Part shown: positions 1 to 10,103 of the stretch, piece after piece | How the letters are laid out: the number at the start of each line of letters is the position of its first letter | Position numbering within the stretch: position 1 is the stretch's first letter | Source of the DNA: Clostridiaceae bacterium | GTDB lineage: Bacteria > Bacillota > Clostridia > Christensenellales > CAG-917 | Direction: 5' to 3' | DNA: 64,000 bases | Assembly (NCBI GenBank): GCA_031289315.1 | Contig: JAITPR010000048.1 | Coordinates: 1,085-65,084 of the forward strand | Program-made: the position numbers and the translations under genes | Notes under the pieces: generated by a model | Told to the model about the DNA's origin: nothing | What the model saw: the letters and a program-made list of their open reading frames with translations, nothing else | The model's database searches: none

Positions 1-50
1 AAAAAGCGGATTTATCCGCCGAGGGCGTTTCAAATCGGAGGAAAGGTTAA

Positions 51-425
51 ATGCCAACAATTAATCAGCTTATACGGCAAGGCAGAGAGCGTCAAACAAA
101 GAAGTCCATGACTCCTATCATGGAGCAATGCCCGCAAAAACGCGGCGTATGTTTGTCGGTCACCACCACGTCGCCCAAAAAGCCTAACTCCGCATTGCGT
201 AAGATTGCCAGAGTGCGTCTTGTGAACGGAATGGAAGGTACCGTGTATATTCCCGGTATCGGACACAACCTTCAAGAGCACAGCGTGGTGTTGATACGCG
301 GAGGGAGAGTAAAAGATCTCCCCGGCGTACGTTATCACATCATACGCGGCACAATCGACGCGGCGGGTGTGGCAAAGCGGAAGCAATCGAGATCTAAGTA
401 CGGCGCTAAACGCCCGAAATCTTAA
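51..425 (+). CDS. rpsL: 30S ribosomal protein S12
   Basis: 124-aa ORF beginning MPTINQLIR with the [10 protein letters not shown] motif. GGAGG lies upstream. It is followed by S7, EF-G and EF-Tu, the str operon order. Confidence 0.97.
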   Translation: MPTINQLIRQGRERQTKKSMTPIMEQCPQKRGVCLSVTTTSPKKPNSALRKIARVRLVNGMEGTVYIPGIGHNLQEHSVVLIRGGRVKDLPGVRYHIIRGTIDAAGVAKRKQSRSKYGAKRPKS

Positions 426-586
426 GTCGCCTAAACGCTCCCCTGCGGTTTTCCGTATCGGCAGCGTTTACGAAGTTAAATGCGGTACGGGGCGTTTAAG
501 CCCGGTTGTCCGCACAAGGCTAAATCAATTTTAATAACAACCCCGCGGGGTCATTTACTCCCCGCAGATTATCGGAGGATAAACAT

Positions 587-1057
587 ATGCCAAGAAGAAG
601 CGGCGTTCCCAAGCGCGACGTACTTCCCGACCCGATTTATAACAGCAAGGTTGTCGCCAAGCTTATAAATCAAGTTATGATGCAAGGAAAGAAAGGTACG
701 GCGCAACGTATAGTATACGATGCTTTTGAAATAGTCAAAAATAAACTCGGACAAGAACCGTTGAGCGTGTTTTTAAAGGCGCTGGAAAACGTGATGCCCG
801 TGTTGGAAGTAAAGGCGCGGAGAGTTGGCGGCGCGAACTATCAGGTTCCGTTGGAAATTCGTCCCGACAGACGCCAAACCTTAGGTATCCGTTGGTTGGT
901 TACCTACAGCAGAAAGCGCGGTGAAAAAACCATGGACGCAAGGCTGGCGGGAGAGCTTGCCGACGCGTTCGCAAATGCCGGCGCGGCAGTAAAGAAAAAG
1001 GAAGAAACCCACCGTATGGCGGAGGCGAACAAGGCGTTCGCGCATTTCCGTTGGTAG
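587..1057 (+). CDS. rpsG: 30S ribosomal protein S7
   Basis: 156-aa ORF beginning [20 protein letters not shown], a typical S7 N-terminus. GGAGGA RBS present. Confidence 0.97.
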   Translation: MPRRSGVPKRDVLPDPIYNSKVVAKLINQVMMQGKKGTAQRIVYDAFEIVKNKLGQEPLSVFLKALENVMPVLEVKARRVGGANYQVPLEIRPDRRQTLGIRWLVTYSRKRGEKTMDARLAGELADAFANAGAAVKKKEETHRMAEANKAFAHFRW

Positions 1058-1130
1058 GCTTCCGCAACTATTTGCGGAACCTGCATTATGATGAGGGGGA
1101 GCCGCAAACAGACGGAGGTCAAAGACTTAC

Positions 1131-3212
1131 ATGGATAACAAACAGACATATACACTGGATAAACTCAGAAATATAGGTATAATGGCGCACATCGATGCGG
1201 GCAAGACTACCACGACGGAGCGTATACTTTTCTATACGGGACGGCTTCACAAAATGGGCGAGGTACACGAAGGCGCGGCTACTATGGACTGGATGGTTCA
1301 AGAGCAGGAACGCGGCATTACGATAACTTCGGCTGCGACTACGGCGTTTTGGAAGGGTTCCAAGATAAATATAATCGACACCCCGGGTCACGTGGATTTC
1401 ACGGTAGAGGTCGAAAGAAGCTTGCGCGTGCTAGACGGTGCCGTCGCGTTATTTTGCGCGAAGGGCGGTGTCGAACCGCAATCCGAAACAGTATGGCGTC
1501 AAGCCGACAAGTACAAGGTTCCGCGCTTAGCGTTCGTCAATAAGATGGACATCAACGGCGCCAATTTTGAACAAGCGGTCAAGATGATGCGTGAGCGGCT
1601 TAACGCGAACGCGGTACCGTTGGAGCTTCCAATCGGTCAAGAGGATACGTTTAAGGGCGTCATAGACGTCGTTGAGGGTATCGCGCTTTACTACATGGAC
1701 GACTTAGGAAACCAAATCGAACGCCGCGCCATTCCCGAAGAGCTACAAGATAAGTTCACGGCGGCGCGCGAAGAGATGATTGCCGCCGCGGCGGAATACG
1801 ACGATTCCATATTGGAGAAATTTTTCGCCGAGGAGCCTATACCCGTCGCCGATTTAAAGGTTGCGTTGAGAAAGGCGACCGTCGCGATGAAAATCGTACC
1901 GGTACTTTGCGGAAGCGCGTACAAGAACAAGGGCGTACAAAGCTTGCTTGACGCGGTTGTGGATTATCTCCCCTCTCCGTTGGACGTTCCCGCTATAGAG
2001 GGCAAAAACCCCCACAACGACAAGCCGGAAACAAGACATGCGGACGAAAAAGAGCCTTTAAGCGCGTTGGTCTTCAAGATTATGACCGACCCGTTTGTGG
2101 GCAAGCTTGCTTTCGTGAGGGTTTACAGCGGAGAGTTAAAGAGCGGCGTTGCGGCTTATAACTCCGTCAAGGACAAATCCGAACGCATAGGCAGAATTTT
2201 AAGAATGCACGCCAACGAACGCGAAGAATTAGGAAGCGCGTCCGCGGGCGATATAGTCGGTATAGTAGGCTTGAAGGAAGGCACCACCGGTGACACGCTT
2301 TGTGATAAGAGCAGACCGATAGTGCTGGAAAACATGGTTTTCCCGGACCCCGTCATAAGGGTGGCAATCGAGCCGAAAACCAAAGCCGGACAGGAAAAAA
2401 TGGGCATTGCACTCTTGAAGCTTCAAGAGGAAGACCCCACCTTCCGCACCTATACCGATAAGGAAACGGGGCAGACGCTTATAGCGGGTATGGGCGAGCT
2501 TCACTTAGAAATCATCGTAGACAGATTGTTGCGTGAATTCAAGGTGGAAGCCAACGTCGGACGTCCGCAGGTCGCCTACCGCGAAGCTATTAAAAATACC
2601 GCGATTGCCGAAGGGCGTTACGTGCGCCAGAGCGGCGGTAAGGGTCAATACGGCGTTTGCAAAATCGAGCTTAGTCCGCTTGAGCCGGGTAGCGGTTACG
2701 TCTACGAGGATGTAACCGTCGGCGGAATTATTCCTAAGGAATATTCACAGGCGATAAAGAACGGTATTGAGGAAGCCGCTAAGGGCGGAGTGCTTGCGGG
2801 CTACGAGGTGGTTGATTTCAAGGCTACGCTCATAGACGGCAGCACCCACGAGGTCGACTCGTCGGAAATGGCGTTCAAAATCGCCGGTTCCATGGCTTTC
2901 AAGGAAGCCGCGAGAAAATCCGGTCTTACGCTCTTAGAGCCTCTCATGAACGTAGAAGTGGTGGTCCCGCGCGAATATATGGGCGAAGTAACCGCCTCTA
3001 TCGTTTCGAAGCGCGGCAACATCAAGAGTACCGACGAGAGAAACGGCGCGTTAGTCGTGGACAGCGAGGTTCCGCTTTCGGAAATGTTTGGATACGTGAC
3101 TAAGCTTCGTTCGGCGACGCAGGGACGCGGTACATCAACAATGCAATTCGCGCACTACGCCGAAGCGCCTAAGAGTATCGTTGAGAAAATCATCAGCGGT
3201 AACAAGGCATAA
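1131..3212 (+). CDS. fusA: Elongation factor G
   Basis: 693 aa. G1 motif [17 protein letters not shown] and the NKMD motif are present. Position after rpsG fits. Confidence 0.97.
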   Translation: MDNKQTYTLDKLRNIGIMAHIDAGKTTTTERILFYTGRLHKMGEVHEGAATMDWMVQEQERGITITSAATTAFWKGSKINIIDTPGHVDFTVEVERSLRVLDGAVALFCAKGGVEPQSETVWRQADKYKVPRLAFVNKMDINGANFEQAVKMMRERLNANAVPLELPIGQEDTFKGVIDVVEGIALYYMDDLGNQIERRAIPEELQDKFTAAREEMIAAAAEYDDSILEKFFAEEPIPVADLKVALRKATVAMKIVPVLCGSAYKNKGVQSLLDAVVDYLPSPLDVPAIEGKNPHNDKPETRHADEKEPLSALVFKIMTDPFVGKLAFVRVYSGELKSGVAAYNSVKDKSERIGRILRMHANEREELGSASAGDIVGIVGLKEGTTGDTLCDKSRPIVLENMVFPDPVIRVAIEPKTKAGQEKMGIALLKLQEEDPTFRTYTDKETGQTLIAGMGELHLEIIVDRLLREFKVEANVGRPQVAYREAIKNTAIAEGRYVRQSGGKGQYGVCKIELSPLEPGSGYVYEDVTVGGIIPKEYSQAIKNGIEEAAKGGVLAGYEVVDFKATLIDGSTHEVDSSEMAFKIAGSMAFKEAARKSGLTLLEPLMNVEVVVPREYMGEVTASIVSKRGNIKSTDERNGALVVDSEVPLSEMFGYVTKLRSATQGRGTSTMQFAHYAEAPKSIVEKIISGNKA

Positions 3213-3319
3213 ACAAAACAGGAAACCCATTCCTCCATTAGGGGGGATAATTGATACGCGTTGCAACCGCGCGCGGCAAATAAAAAATATTGCTATTATA
3301 ATTTCGGAGGAACAAAAAA

Positions 3320-4522
3320 ATGGCAAAAGCTAAATTTGACAGAAGCAAACCCCACGTCAACATCGGTACTATCGGACACGTTGACCACGGCAAGACCACT
3401 CTTACCGCCGCCATAACAATGTACGCGGCTTCCAAGGGTAACGCCAAAGTTATGAAGTATGACGAAATAGACAAGGCGCCCGAGGAAAAAGCTAGAGGCA
3501 TAACAATCAACACCGCGCACGTCGAGTACGAGACGCCGAAGCGTCACTATGCGCACGTTGACTGTCCCGGACACGCCGACTACGTTAAAAACATGATAAC
3601 CGGCGCGGCTCAGATGGACGGAGCAATCCTCGTCGTCGCCGCTTCGGACGGTCCCATGCCGCAAACCAGAGAACACATCCTGCTTGCAAGACAGGTCGGC
3701 GTTCCCTACATTCTCGTATTTCTCAACAAATGCGACCAAGTCGACGACGAAGAACTCTTAGAGTTAGTCGAAATGGAAGTTAGAGAGCTGCTTGACCAAT
3801 ACAGCTTCCCCGGCGACAACACCCCGATTATTCGCGGTTCGGCGCTGAAAGCAATGGAATCCGGTCTTGCAGGTAACTTCAACTCACCTGAATTCGCTTG
3901 TATTCAAGCCCTTTTGGACGCGGTTGACAGCTACATTCCCGACCCCGAAAGAGACATCGACAAGCCGTTCCTTATGCCGGTTGAAGACGTATTCACCATC
4001 ACCGGACGCGGAACCGTCGCTACGGGCAGAGTTGAGAGAGGCGTTTTGAAGCTTGCAGACAAGGTTCAAATCATCGGTCTTACCGACACCAAAGAAACCA
4101 CCGTTACCGGTATTGAAATGTTCCGTAAGTTACTCGACTTCGCAGAAGCGGGCGACAACATCGGCGCACTTCTCCGCGGCGTGCAACGTGCCGACATCGA
4201 AAGAGGTCAGGTATTAGCAAAGCCCAACACCATCAAACCGCACACCCACTTCACCTCGCAAGTCTACGTCTTGAAGCAAGAGGAAGGCGGACGTCACACC
4301 CCGTTCTTTGACGGATACCGTCCCCAATTCTACTTCAGAACCACCGACGTTACCGGTTCCATCAAGCTCCCCGCGGGCGTGGAAATGGTTATGCCCGGCG
4401 ACCACATCGACATGGAAATCAAGCTCATCAGCCCTATAGCTATTGAGGAAGGTTTGCGTTTCGCCATTCGCGAAGGCGGCAGAACGGTTGGTTCCGGCGT
4501 CGTTGCGAAGATTATAGCCTAA
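3320..4522 (+). CDS. tuf: Elongation factor Tu
   Basis: 400 aa. [17 protein letters not shown] and NKCD motifs are present. GGAGGA RBS. Confidence 0.98.
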   Translation: MAKAKFDRSKPHVNIGTIGHVDHGKTTLTAAITMYAASKGNAKVMKYDEIDKAPEEKARGITINTAHVEYETPKRHYAHVDCPGHADYVKNMITGAAQMDGAILVVAASDGPMPQTREHILLARQVGVPYILVFLNKCDQVDDEELLELVEMEVRELLDQYSFPGDNTPIIRGSALKAMESGLAGNFNSPEFACIQALLDAVDSYIPDPERDIDKPFLMPVEDVFTITGRGTVATGRVERGVLKLADKVQIIGLTDTKETTVTGIEMFRKLLDFAEAGDNIGALLRGVQRADIERGQVLAKPNTIKPHTHFTSQVYVLKQEEGGRHTPFFDGYRPQFYFRTTDVTGSIKLPAGVEMVMPGDHIDMEIKLISPIAIEEGLRFAIREGGRTVGSGVVAKIIA

Positions 4523-4938
4523 TATTAAGCGTCTTTTACGGCGCGCACGGCGTTAAAAACGCCCCCTTTTCCAAGGCTTTTTTGCCTCCTGCAAGGCGTG
4601 TTAAACACGACTTGTAAGGAGGTCTTAAGGTGCTAAGAAAGAGAGGCGTTTTGGCACGTGCGGGTTGTTTCAAGCTTCGCTTTGCAGCCGGTGTCTTTAT
4701 CGCGGCTTTACGGATTTTAAGGTTTTTGCCTTTTAATACGCAATCGCTTGCGCTTTTGACCCAACTTTTGTTCTTCCGGAACAAGGGTGTCCGCGTCAAT
4801 TGCGGACGTAAGGCTTAGGCTTGCCGCCGTCCGGCACGGTTACCTCTAATAGGGTATAATCGGTCGGCTTAGGCAACAAGTCTTTCATTACGATACCGTA
4901 TGCGCCGCGTATGCGCTTCTACGGACGGAGGTATAATT

Positions 4939-5088
4939 ATGCGTGTAAGAGTTACTTTGGCTTGCTCGGAGTGCAAACAAAGAAATTACAATTCAATGAA
5001 AAACAAACAAAAAACTCCCGATAAAATCGAATTGCAAAAATATTGCAGGTTCTGCAAGAAACACACTCTCCACAAAGAAACTAAGTAG
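4939..5088 (+). CDS. rpmG: 50S ribosomal protein L33
   Basis: An internal ATG at 4939 follows GGAGGT. The product [17 protein letters not shown]...[14 protein letters not shown] has the L33 CxxC...CxxC zinc-ribbon pattern. The track ORF starting at 4900 is over-extended. Confidence 0.9.
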   Translation: MRVRVTLACSECKQRNYNSMKNKQKTPDKIELQKYCRFCKKHTLHKETK

Positions 5089-5102
5089 TAGGAGGCGTTA
5101 TT

Positions 5103-5423
5103 ATGGCAGACGCGAAAAAAGAAGCGAAAACCAATAAGAAGCAGCCTACCGCGGTGAGCGGCGGGAAGTCCGGGCAAGGCAAACAAACCGGAGCTGCAAA
5201 CGGTAAACCGAAAAAAAATCGCGGGCAAAGAATTGTCGCGTTTTTTAAGGGTATTATTTCGGAGCTCAAGAAGGTTACATGGCCCAAGCCTAAGACGGTT
5301 TTCTCGTCATCACTTGTCGTTATCGTCGTGGTGTTGGTGTTTTTGCTGATTATCTTCGGGATAGACCGCGGTTTATCGGAATTGCTTAAATTATTGGTAG
5401 GCGTAGGTTCGACGACAGCATAA
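5103..5423 (+). CDS. secE: Preprotein translocase subunit SecE
   Basis: 106 aa with a Lys-rich N-terminus, then ELKKVTWPK and a single C-terminal TM helix. It lies between rpmG and nusG, the conserved position. Confidence 0.8.
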   Translation: MADAKKEAKTNKKQPTAVSGGKSGQGKQTGAANGKPKKNRGQRIVAFFKGIISELKKVTWPKPKTVFSSSLVVIVVVLVFLLIIFGIDRGLSELLKLLVGVGSTTA

Positions 5424-5538
5424 CATCATATAGGATTCGTTCCGCAAACAGTCGGGTAAAACGGTTTTCCGTTAAACATGCGTCCCCAAAAAGGGCGTCG
5501 CGTAGGGTTTGCGAAGGGTTTCCAAAATAGGAGACTAT

Positions 5539-6066
5539 ATGGAAAATATCGACCAAGCAAAGTGGTATGTTCTCCATACATATTCCGGATATGAGGGTAT
5601 GGTGGAGGACAATCTGCACAACATGGTTGAAAACAACAGCTTGCAGGATTACATCTTCGAAGTGAAGGTTCCTGTTGAGGACGAAGTCGTCGAAAAAAAC
5701 GGGAAGAAAAAACTTGTTCAACGTAAGAAGTTCCCTAGCTATGTTTTCATCAAAATGATATATACGAACCATATTTGGTTCATGGTTACGAATACAAGAG
5801 GCGTTACGGGCTTCGTCGGTCCGGCAGGAAGACCCTTGCCGCTTACCGCGGACGAGGTCAAGAGAATGGGTCTAGAGGTCATCACCGCCGACGAATTCGA
5901 CATCAAAAGCGGCGACAACGTGCGCATCATATCGGGCGCGTTGGAAAGCTTTATCGGCGTGGTCGAGCTTGTTGCCGCAGAGCGTCAGAAGGTTAAGGTC
6001 ATCGTTTCGATGTTTGGGAGACAGACTCCTGTGGAGCTTGACTTTTCTCAAGTCGAAAAAATTTAA
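5539..6066 (+). CDS. nusG: Transcription termination/antitermination factor NusG
   Basis: The ATG at 5539 follows AGGAG. The product has the KWYVLHTYSGYE NGN domain start and a C-terminal KOW-like GDNVRIISGALESFIGVV. Confidence 0.92.
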   Translation: MENIDQAKWYVLHTYSGYEGMVEDNLHNMVENNSLQDYIFEVKVPVEDEVVEKNGKKKLVQRKKFPSYVFIKMIYTNHIWFMVTNTRGVTGFVGPAGRPLPLTADEVKRMGLEVITADEFDIKSGDNVRIISGALESFIGVVELVAAERQKVKVIVSMFGRQTPVELDFSQVEKI

Positions 6067-6149
6067 CCGACGGCGAATATACGTCGCAATACTTTGTCAG
6101 AACTCAACCGCTTGCTCATGTACGTCTAGTACTATTCGCGGCGCGGTTG

Positions 6150-6335
6150 ATTTTCTTCCTCGTCTTGCTAGTATCTGCACCGTCGGCGGTTATGCGGGGT
6201 AAGTGATTCTTCCTTGTCTAACTCGCGTCTATGCCGTTAAATCCAGTATAAACGCAGAGTGCCGGGGCGGACACGCTTCGTGGTACTGTGTAAGAAAAAA
6301 ATTCGCCTCTTGTTCGTGTACGTTCAAGTGCGATA
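6150..6335 (+). repeat. Family D intergenic repeat (nusG-rplK spacer)
   Basis: GTGATTCTTCCTTGTCTAACTCGCGTCTATGCCGTTAAA, ACGCTTCGTGGTACTGT and CTCTTGTTCGTGTACGTT all have counterparts at 7628-7850. Confidence 0.75.
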
Positions 6336-6500
6336 ACCGTTTTTTATTGTTTGATTAGCGTCGTTCATAGACCGGATAAAACAACCTAAAAACACTAAAA
6401 AATAATAGAAAAGTGGGAGAACGCGCTAAAATCCAAAACCTTGCGCTTCAAAAACCACAAACGCTCCCGATGAAGTCGGAGAGCGAAGGAGGTCACTTCT

Positions 6501-6926
6501 ATGGCAAAGAAAATTAATGCGGTAGTCAAACTACAGTTGCCCGCGGGTAAAGCAACCCCCGGACCGCCCGTAGGCTCATCGTTAGGACCCCACGGTATCA
6601 ACATACCCGGGTTCGTAAAAGAATTCAACGAAAAAACGCTTAAAAACGTCGGTCTTATAATCCCCGTGGTTATCACGATTTACAGTGACCGCTCTTTCTC
6701 GTTAGTGTTCAAAACCCCTCCCGCGCCCGTTCTCATCAAGAAAGCGTGCGGTATCACCAGCGGTTCGGCTCGTTCCAACCGTGACAAGGTGGCAAAAATA
6801 ACCAAGGCTCAAGTGAAAGAAATCGCCGAAACCAAAATGCCCGACCTCAACGCCGCAAGCTTAGAGTCAGCAATGAGCATGATTGAAGGTACGGCGCGTA
6901 GCATGGGCGTAGTGGTTATTGACTAA
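6501..6926 (+). CDS. rplK: 50S ribosomal protein L11
   Basis: 141 aa containing [27 protein letters not shown], the L11 signature. GAAGGAGG RBS. Confidence 0.97.
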   Translation: MAKKINAVVKLQLPAGKATPGPPVGSSLGPHGINIPGFVKEFNEKTLKNVGLIIPVVITIYSDRSFSLVFKTPPAPVLIKKACGITSGSARSNRDKVAKITKAQVKEIAETKMPDLNAASLESAMSMIEGTARSMGVVVID

Positions 6927-6940
6927 AGGAGGGGAGCATC

Positions 6941-7627
6941 ATGAAAAGAGGAAAAAATTACGTCGCGTCTAGAAAGATCGTCGACAGAACTAAATTATAC
7001 GATACCGCCGAGGCAATCGCTCTTGCAATAGAAACCGCCAAAGCAAAGTTTGATGAAACCATTGAGCTTCACGTCAAGTTGGGCGTTGACCCCCGTCACG
7101 CCGACCAACAAGTCAGAGGAACCGTCGTGCTTCCGCACGGTACCGGTAAAACCCTCCGCGTACTCGTCATAGCAAAGGGCGACAAGGCGGACGAGGCGGT
7201 GAAAGCCGGCGCGGATTTTGTCGGCGCCGAGGATATGGTCGCCAAAATTCAGAACGAAGGCTGGTTCGGCTTTGACGCTTGCGTTACCACCCCCGACATG
7301 ATGGGTTTGGTAGGTCGTTTGGGCAAGATATTAGGTCCTAAGGGTCTGATGCCGAACCCGAAGTCCGGCACCGTTTCCATGGATATTGCGCGTGCCGTAA
7401 GAGATATTAAAGCCGGTAAGGTGGAATACAGAGTTGATAAAACCGCTATAGTCCACGTTCCCTTCGGCAAGAAGTCCTTCGGCTCCGAAAAGCTTTCCGA
7501 AAACTTTAACACCATCATGGAAGCCCTTGTAAAGGCTAAACCTTCGGCGGCTAAGGGTATATACCTTAAGAGCGTGTATATCGCAAGTACTATGGGTCCG
7601 AGTGTTAAGATTAACTACAAAATCTAA
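6941..7627 (+). CDS. rplA: 50S ribosomal protein L1
   Basis: 228 aa with L1-type sequence ([32 protein letters not shown]). Directly follows rplK. Confidence 0.97.
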   Translation: MKRGKNYVASRKIVDRTKLYDTAEAIALAIETAKAKFDETIELHVKLGVDPRHADQQVRGTVVLPHGTGKTLRVLVIAKGDKADEAVKAGADFVGAEDMVAKIQNEGWFGFDACVTTPDMMGLVGRLGKILGPKGLMPNPKSGTVSMDIARAVRDIKAGKVEYRVDKTAIVHVPFGKKSFGSEKLSENFNTIMEALVKAKPSAAKGIYLKSVYIASTMGPSVKINYKI

Positions 7628-7850
7628 CTGACGGCAGATACGCTTCGTGATACTTCGTCAAAAACACGTTGCCCCTTGTTCGTGATACGTTTATGTACAC
7701 TCTCCGCGGAGCAAGTGATTTTTCCTCGTCTGACTCGCGTCTATGCCGTCAAACAGGCGGAGTACGCGCTTCGTGATACTGTAACAGAACGACACGGTTT
7801 TGATTCACAATCGTCTATGCCGTCAAACGGGCAGAGTGCGTTTTGCAATT
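7628..7850 (+). repeat. Family D intergenic repeat (rplA-rplJ spacer)
   Basis: GTGATTTTTCCTCGTCTGACTCGCGTCTATGCCGTCAAA, ACGCTTCGTGATACT (twice), CCCTTGTTCGTGATACGTT and a second CGTCTATGCCGTCAAAC. Confidence 0.75.
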
Positions 7851-7915
7851 TCGATTAGACCGGAAAGATTTATCCGTTCGCACCGATAAAATTTATCCGC
7901 GTTAGGCTAAAACGT

Positions 7916-7944
7916 TTGACGCGTTTAAAAAAATTTGATATTAT
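7916..7944 (+). promoter_or_regulatory. Sigma-A type promoter for rplJL
   Basis: TTGACG (7916-7921), a 17-nt spacer ending in TGa (extended -10), then TATTAT (7939-7944). It lies about 275 nt upstream of rplJ. Confidence 0.5.
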
Positions 7945-8219
7945 TACTACGCTATCCTAAGACAGCAAGCGGTTTTATTTAAACCTTAAACCTATAAAGG
8001 GCTTGTCGAGGTGGGCTGTAAACGATTTTTCCGGGATGTCGCGCGGTAACAAGTGCATGTCCGTACGGTTTAGAATGTCGATTTGCGCGTCGCTTGTCTT
8101 TTTTTAGCAAGCGGCGCGTTATATTTTACGTAAGTGAAAAAGACGGGCTAAGGCTCAAAACAGTTTCATATCCGTATTCGTAAGGTTTACGGACGTAATC
8201 CTAATAAGGAGGTAAAAAA
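7945..8219 (+). promoter_or_regulatory. Putative L10 (rplJ) leader with attenuator-like hairpin
   Basis: Long untranslated leader between the promoter and rplJ. A GC-rich hairpin GCGCGTCGCTTG/CAAGCGGCGCG (8085-8118) is followed by TTATATTTT. Autoregulatory L10 leaders are known in Firmicutes, but I could not check a covariance model. Confidence 0.4.
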
Positions 8220-8750
8220 GTGGCATCAGCATCGATACTTGAATTGAAAAAGCAAGCGGTTGAGGAACTTAAGGCTAAAATTTTGGCTTCTCCGTCGTTC
8301 GTACTGGTTGACTACAAGGGCTTAAACGCCTTTCAAGACAACGAGTTACGCGTGACTTTCAGAAAGTCCGGCGTTAAATTTTCCGTTATCAAAAACCGTA
8401 TCGCCAAAATCGCGCTGAACGAGTTGGGTTATACGCAGTACGACAAGGATTTAGAAGGTCCTACCGCAATCGCTTTCGCGTCAACCGACGTGATTGCACC
8501 CGCTAAAATCGCGTTAGACGGCGTTAAAAAGTACGTTAAAATCAAGGTCAAAAGCGGCATGGTAGACGGTAGCTTCATCGACCTTGACGGCGTAAAAGCG
8601 CTTTCGGAGCTTCCTCCGAAAGAAGTTCTTATCGCGAAATTGTTGGGTACTATCCAAGCGCCTATATCCAATCTCGTCTATGTACTCAACGGTACGCTTG
8701 CGGGTTTGGCAATATGCTTGAACAAGATAGCCGAACAAAAGGGTGCGTAA
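8220..8750 (+). CDS. rplJ: 50S ribosomal protein L10
   Basis: 176 aa with a GTG start 8 nt after AAGGAGG. Sequence is L10-like and the gene precedes rplL. Confidence 0.95.
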   Translation: MASASILELKKQAVEELKAKILASPSFVLVDYKGLNAFQDNELRVTFRKSGVKFSVIKNRIAKIALNELGYTQYDKDLEGPTAIAFASTDVIAPAKIALDGVKKYVKIKVKSGMVDGSFIDLDGVKALSELPPKEVLIAKLLGTIQAPISNLVYVLNGTLAGLAICLNKIAEQKGA

Positions 8751-9063
8751 AAGCATCTAAACAGCGCGGTAAAAGCCGTTTTCGGCTTCGGGCGTATTTC
8801 AAAAACAGAAAACAGATAAGCGCATAAAAACGCTTGAGGGTCTTGCAAGCGGGATACTTTTTTTCCTGCGCAAGAGCTAAAAATTAAAAAACGTGTAAAA
8901 GCGTCTAAAACGGACGTTGTTGCATCTACCGGTTTTAAGCGGCGCGCGTAAAAATTAAATAGAAACCGAAATGGCACAAAAAACGAGGATGTGTAAAGCG
9001 TCTTCAAGCAACACCAAAAACAAAAATAAAAAATATAACATATTTATCCGGAGGATACAAAAA

Positions 9064-9441
9064 ATGGCAGATATTAATAAGCTTTTAGATGAAATCAAAG
9101 GCATGACGGTTATCGAGCTTTCTCAACTCGTTAAGGCTTTGGAAACCGAATTCGGCGTTAGCGCAGCCGCTCCCGTAGCCGTAGCCGCTCCCGTAGCAAA
9201 CACAGAGGCAGCCGCTCCCGTAGAGGAAAAGACCGAGTTCGACGTCATATTAAAGGAAATCGGACCCAACAAGATTGCGGTTATTAAGGTTGTCCGCGAA
9301 GTGACCGGTTTAGGTCTTGTCGAGGCAAAAGCCGCCGTCGAAGGCGCCCCCAAGACCATCAAGGAAGGCATTGCGAAAGCCGCCGCCGAACAGATCGTCG
9401 CGAAGTTCAAGGAAGCCGCAGCGGTTGCCGAAATAAAGTAA
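9064..9441 (+). CDS. rplL: 50S ribosomal protein L7/L12
   Basis: The ATG at 9064 follows GGAGGA. The product begins [27 protein letters not shown], has an Ala/Pro hinge and the [17 protein letters not shown]-terminal domain. The track start at 8971 is over-extended. Confidence 0.95.
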   Translation: MADINKLLDEIKGMTVIELSQLVKALETEFGVSAAAPVAVAAPVANTEAAAPVEEKTEFDVILKEIGPNKIAVIKVVREVTGLGLVEAKAAVEGAPKTIKEGIAKAAAEQIVAKFKEAAAVAEIK

Positions 9442-9446
9442 TTTAA

Positions 9447-9553
9447 GGGGTGGGACAGTTCGCGGTGACAAAGTATTTTCAGGCTACTTTAGACTAAAAG
9501 AGCCGAAAAGATTTTATTGGCAGACAAGCCGTCACTACGAATTTTCCACACCC
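9447..9553 (+). repeat. Family A palindromic MITE-like element, copy 1 (long variant)
   Basis: The arms GGGGTGGGACAGTTCGCGGTGAC and GTCACTACGAATTTTCCACACCC flank an extra internal module. AATTTAA flanks both sides (9440-9446 and 9554-9560). Confidence 0.8.
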
Positions 9554-9628
9554 AATTTAACTTGACTTATGCGGGTTCCTTGCTTTAAGGAAGGGACAAG
9601 CAGGCGTTGAGATTGACCCTCTTAACTT

Positions 9629-9677
9629 AAAAATGCGGTTGCAGTAGGAAAAAATTCTATTGACGACCGCGTTTTTT
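9629..9677 (+). terminator. Family B hairpin terminator after rplL
   Basis: CTTAACTTAAAAATGCGGT...ACCGCGTTTTTT. An imperfect stem is followed by a T-run, with the conserved AAC(C/T)TAAAA lead-in. Confidence 0.55.
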
Positions 9678-10103
9678 GTTTGGGGTTACAGCGCTTATCC
9701 GCGTGTTTTTTAATTCTTTTTGTCGTGTGCCGAAAAACTCTTCGTCATTTTTTACCTTTTTTGAGGAATTTCACGGTAAAAGTATAAAAATAATGAGAAA
9801 ATTTAATTGTTTTTTTCGAATAAGTATTGAAATTTTTCTCTTAATAGGTTAAAATTATTATAACGTATATACAAGAGCCGTACTTCCGCGTGAGGTCGGT
9901 TATATACGGCGACCGGCGGCTCGCCGTTTTTGCGTAAGTTTTTAAATAAGCGCTTATTTTTCGCGTATGCGATAAATAGCGCGGCACGGATGAAAAAATA
10001 AAAACCGGTTACGCTTGCCGCGAATGCGCGGCACGGACGGAAAAATAAAAATCCGATTACGCTTTCTAACGGTAGCGATACGGATAGAGGAGATAAAAGA
10101 AAT

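Noticed and set aside
1119-4405. Numerous 60-150-aa antisense or off-frame ORFs inside fusA and tuf, and similar ORFs inside guaB, copA, uvrB, the acs gene, murC and others.
   Set aside because: They overlap strongly supported conserved genes, lack RBSs and have skewed Arg/Ser/Pro-rich composition typical of non-coding frames in moderately GC-rich DNA.
4523-4938. A possible tRNA (for example tRNA-Trp, often found before rpmG-secE) or small ORF (4630-4818) in the tuf-rpmG spacer.
   Set aside because: I found no cloverleaf-compatible sequence and no GTTCGAATC-type T-loop. The 62-aa ORF has no RBS and a basic, low-complexity composition.
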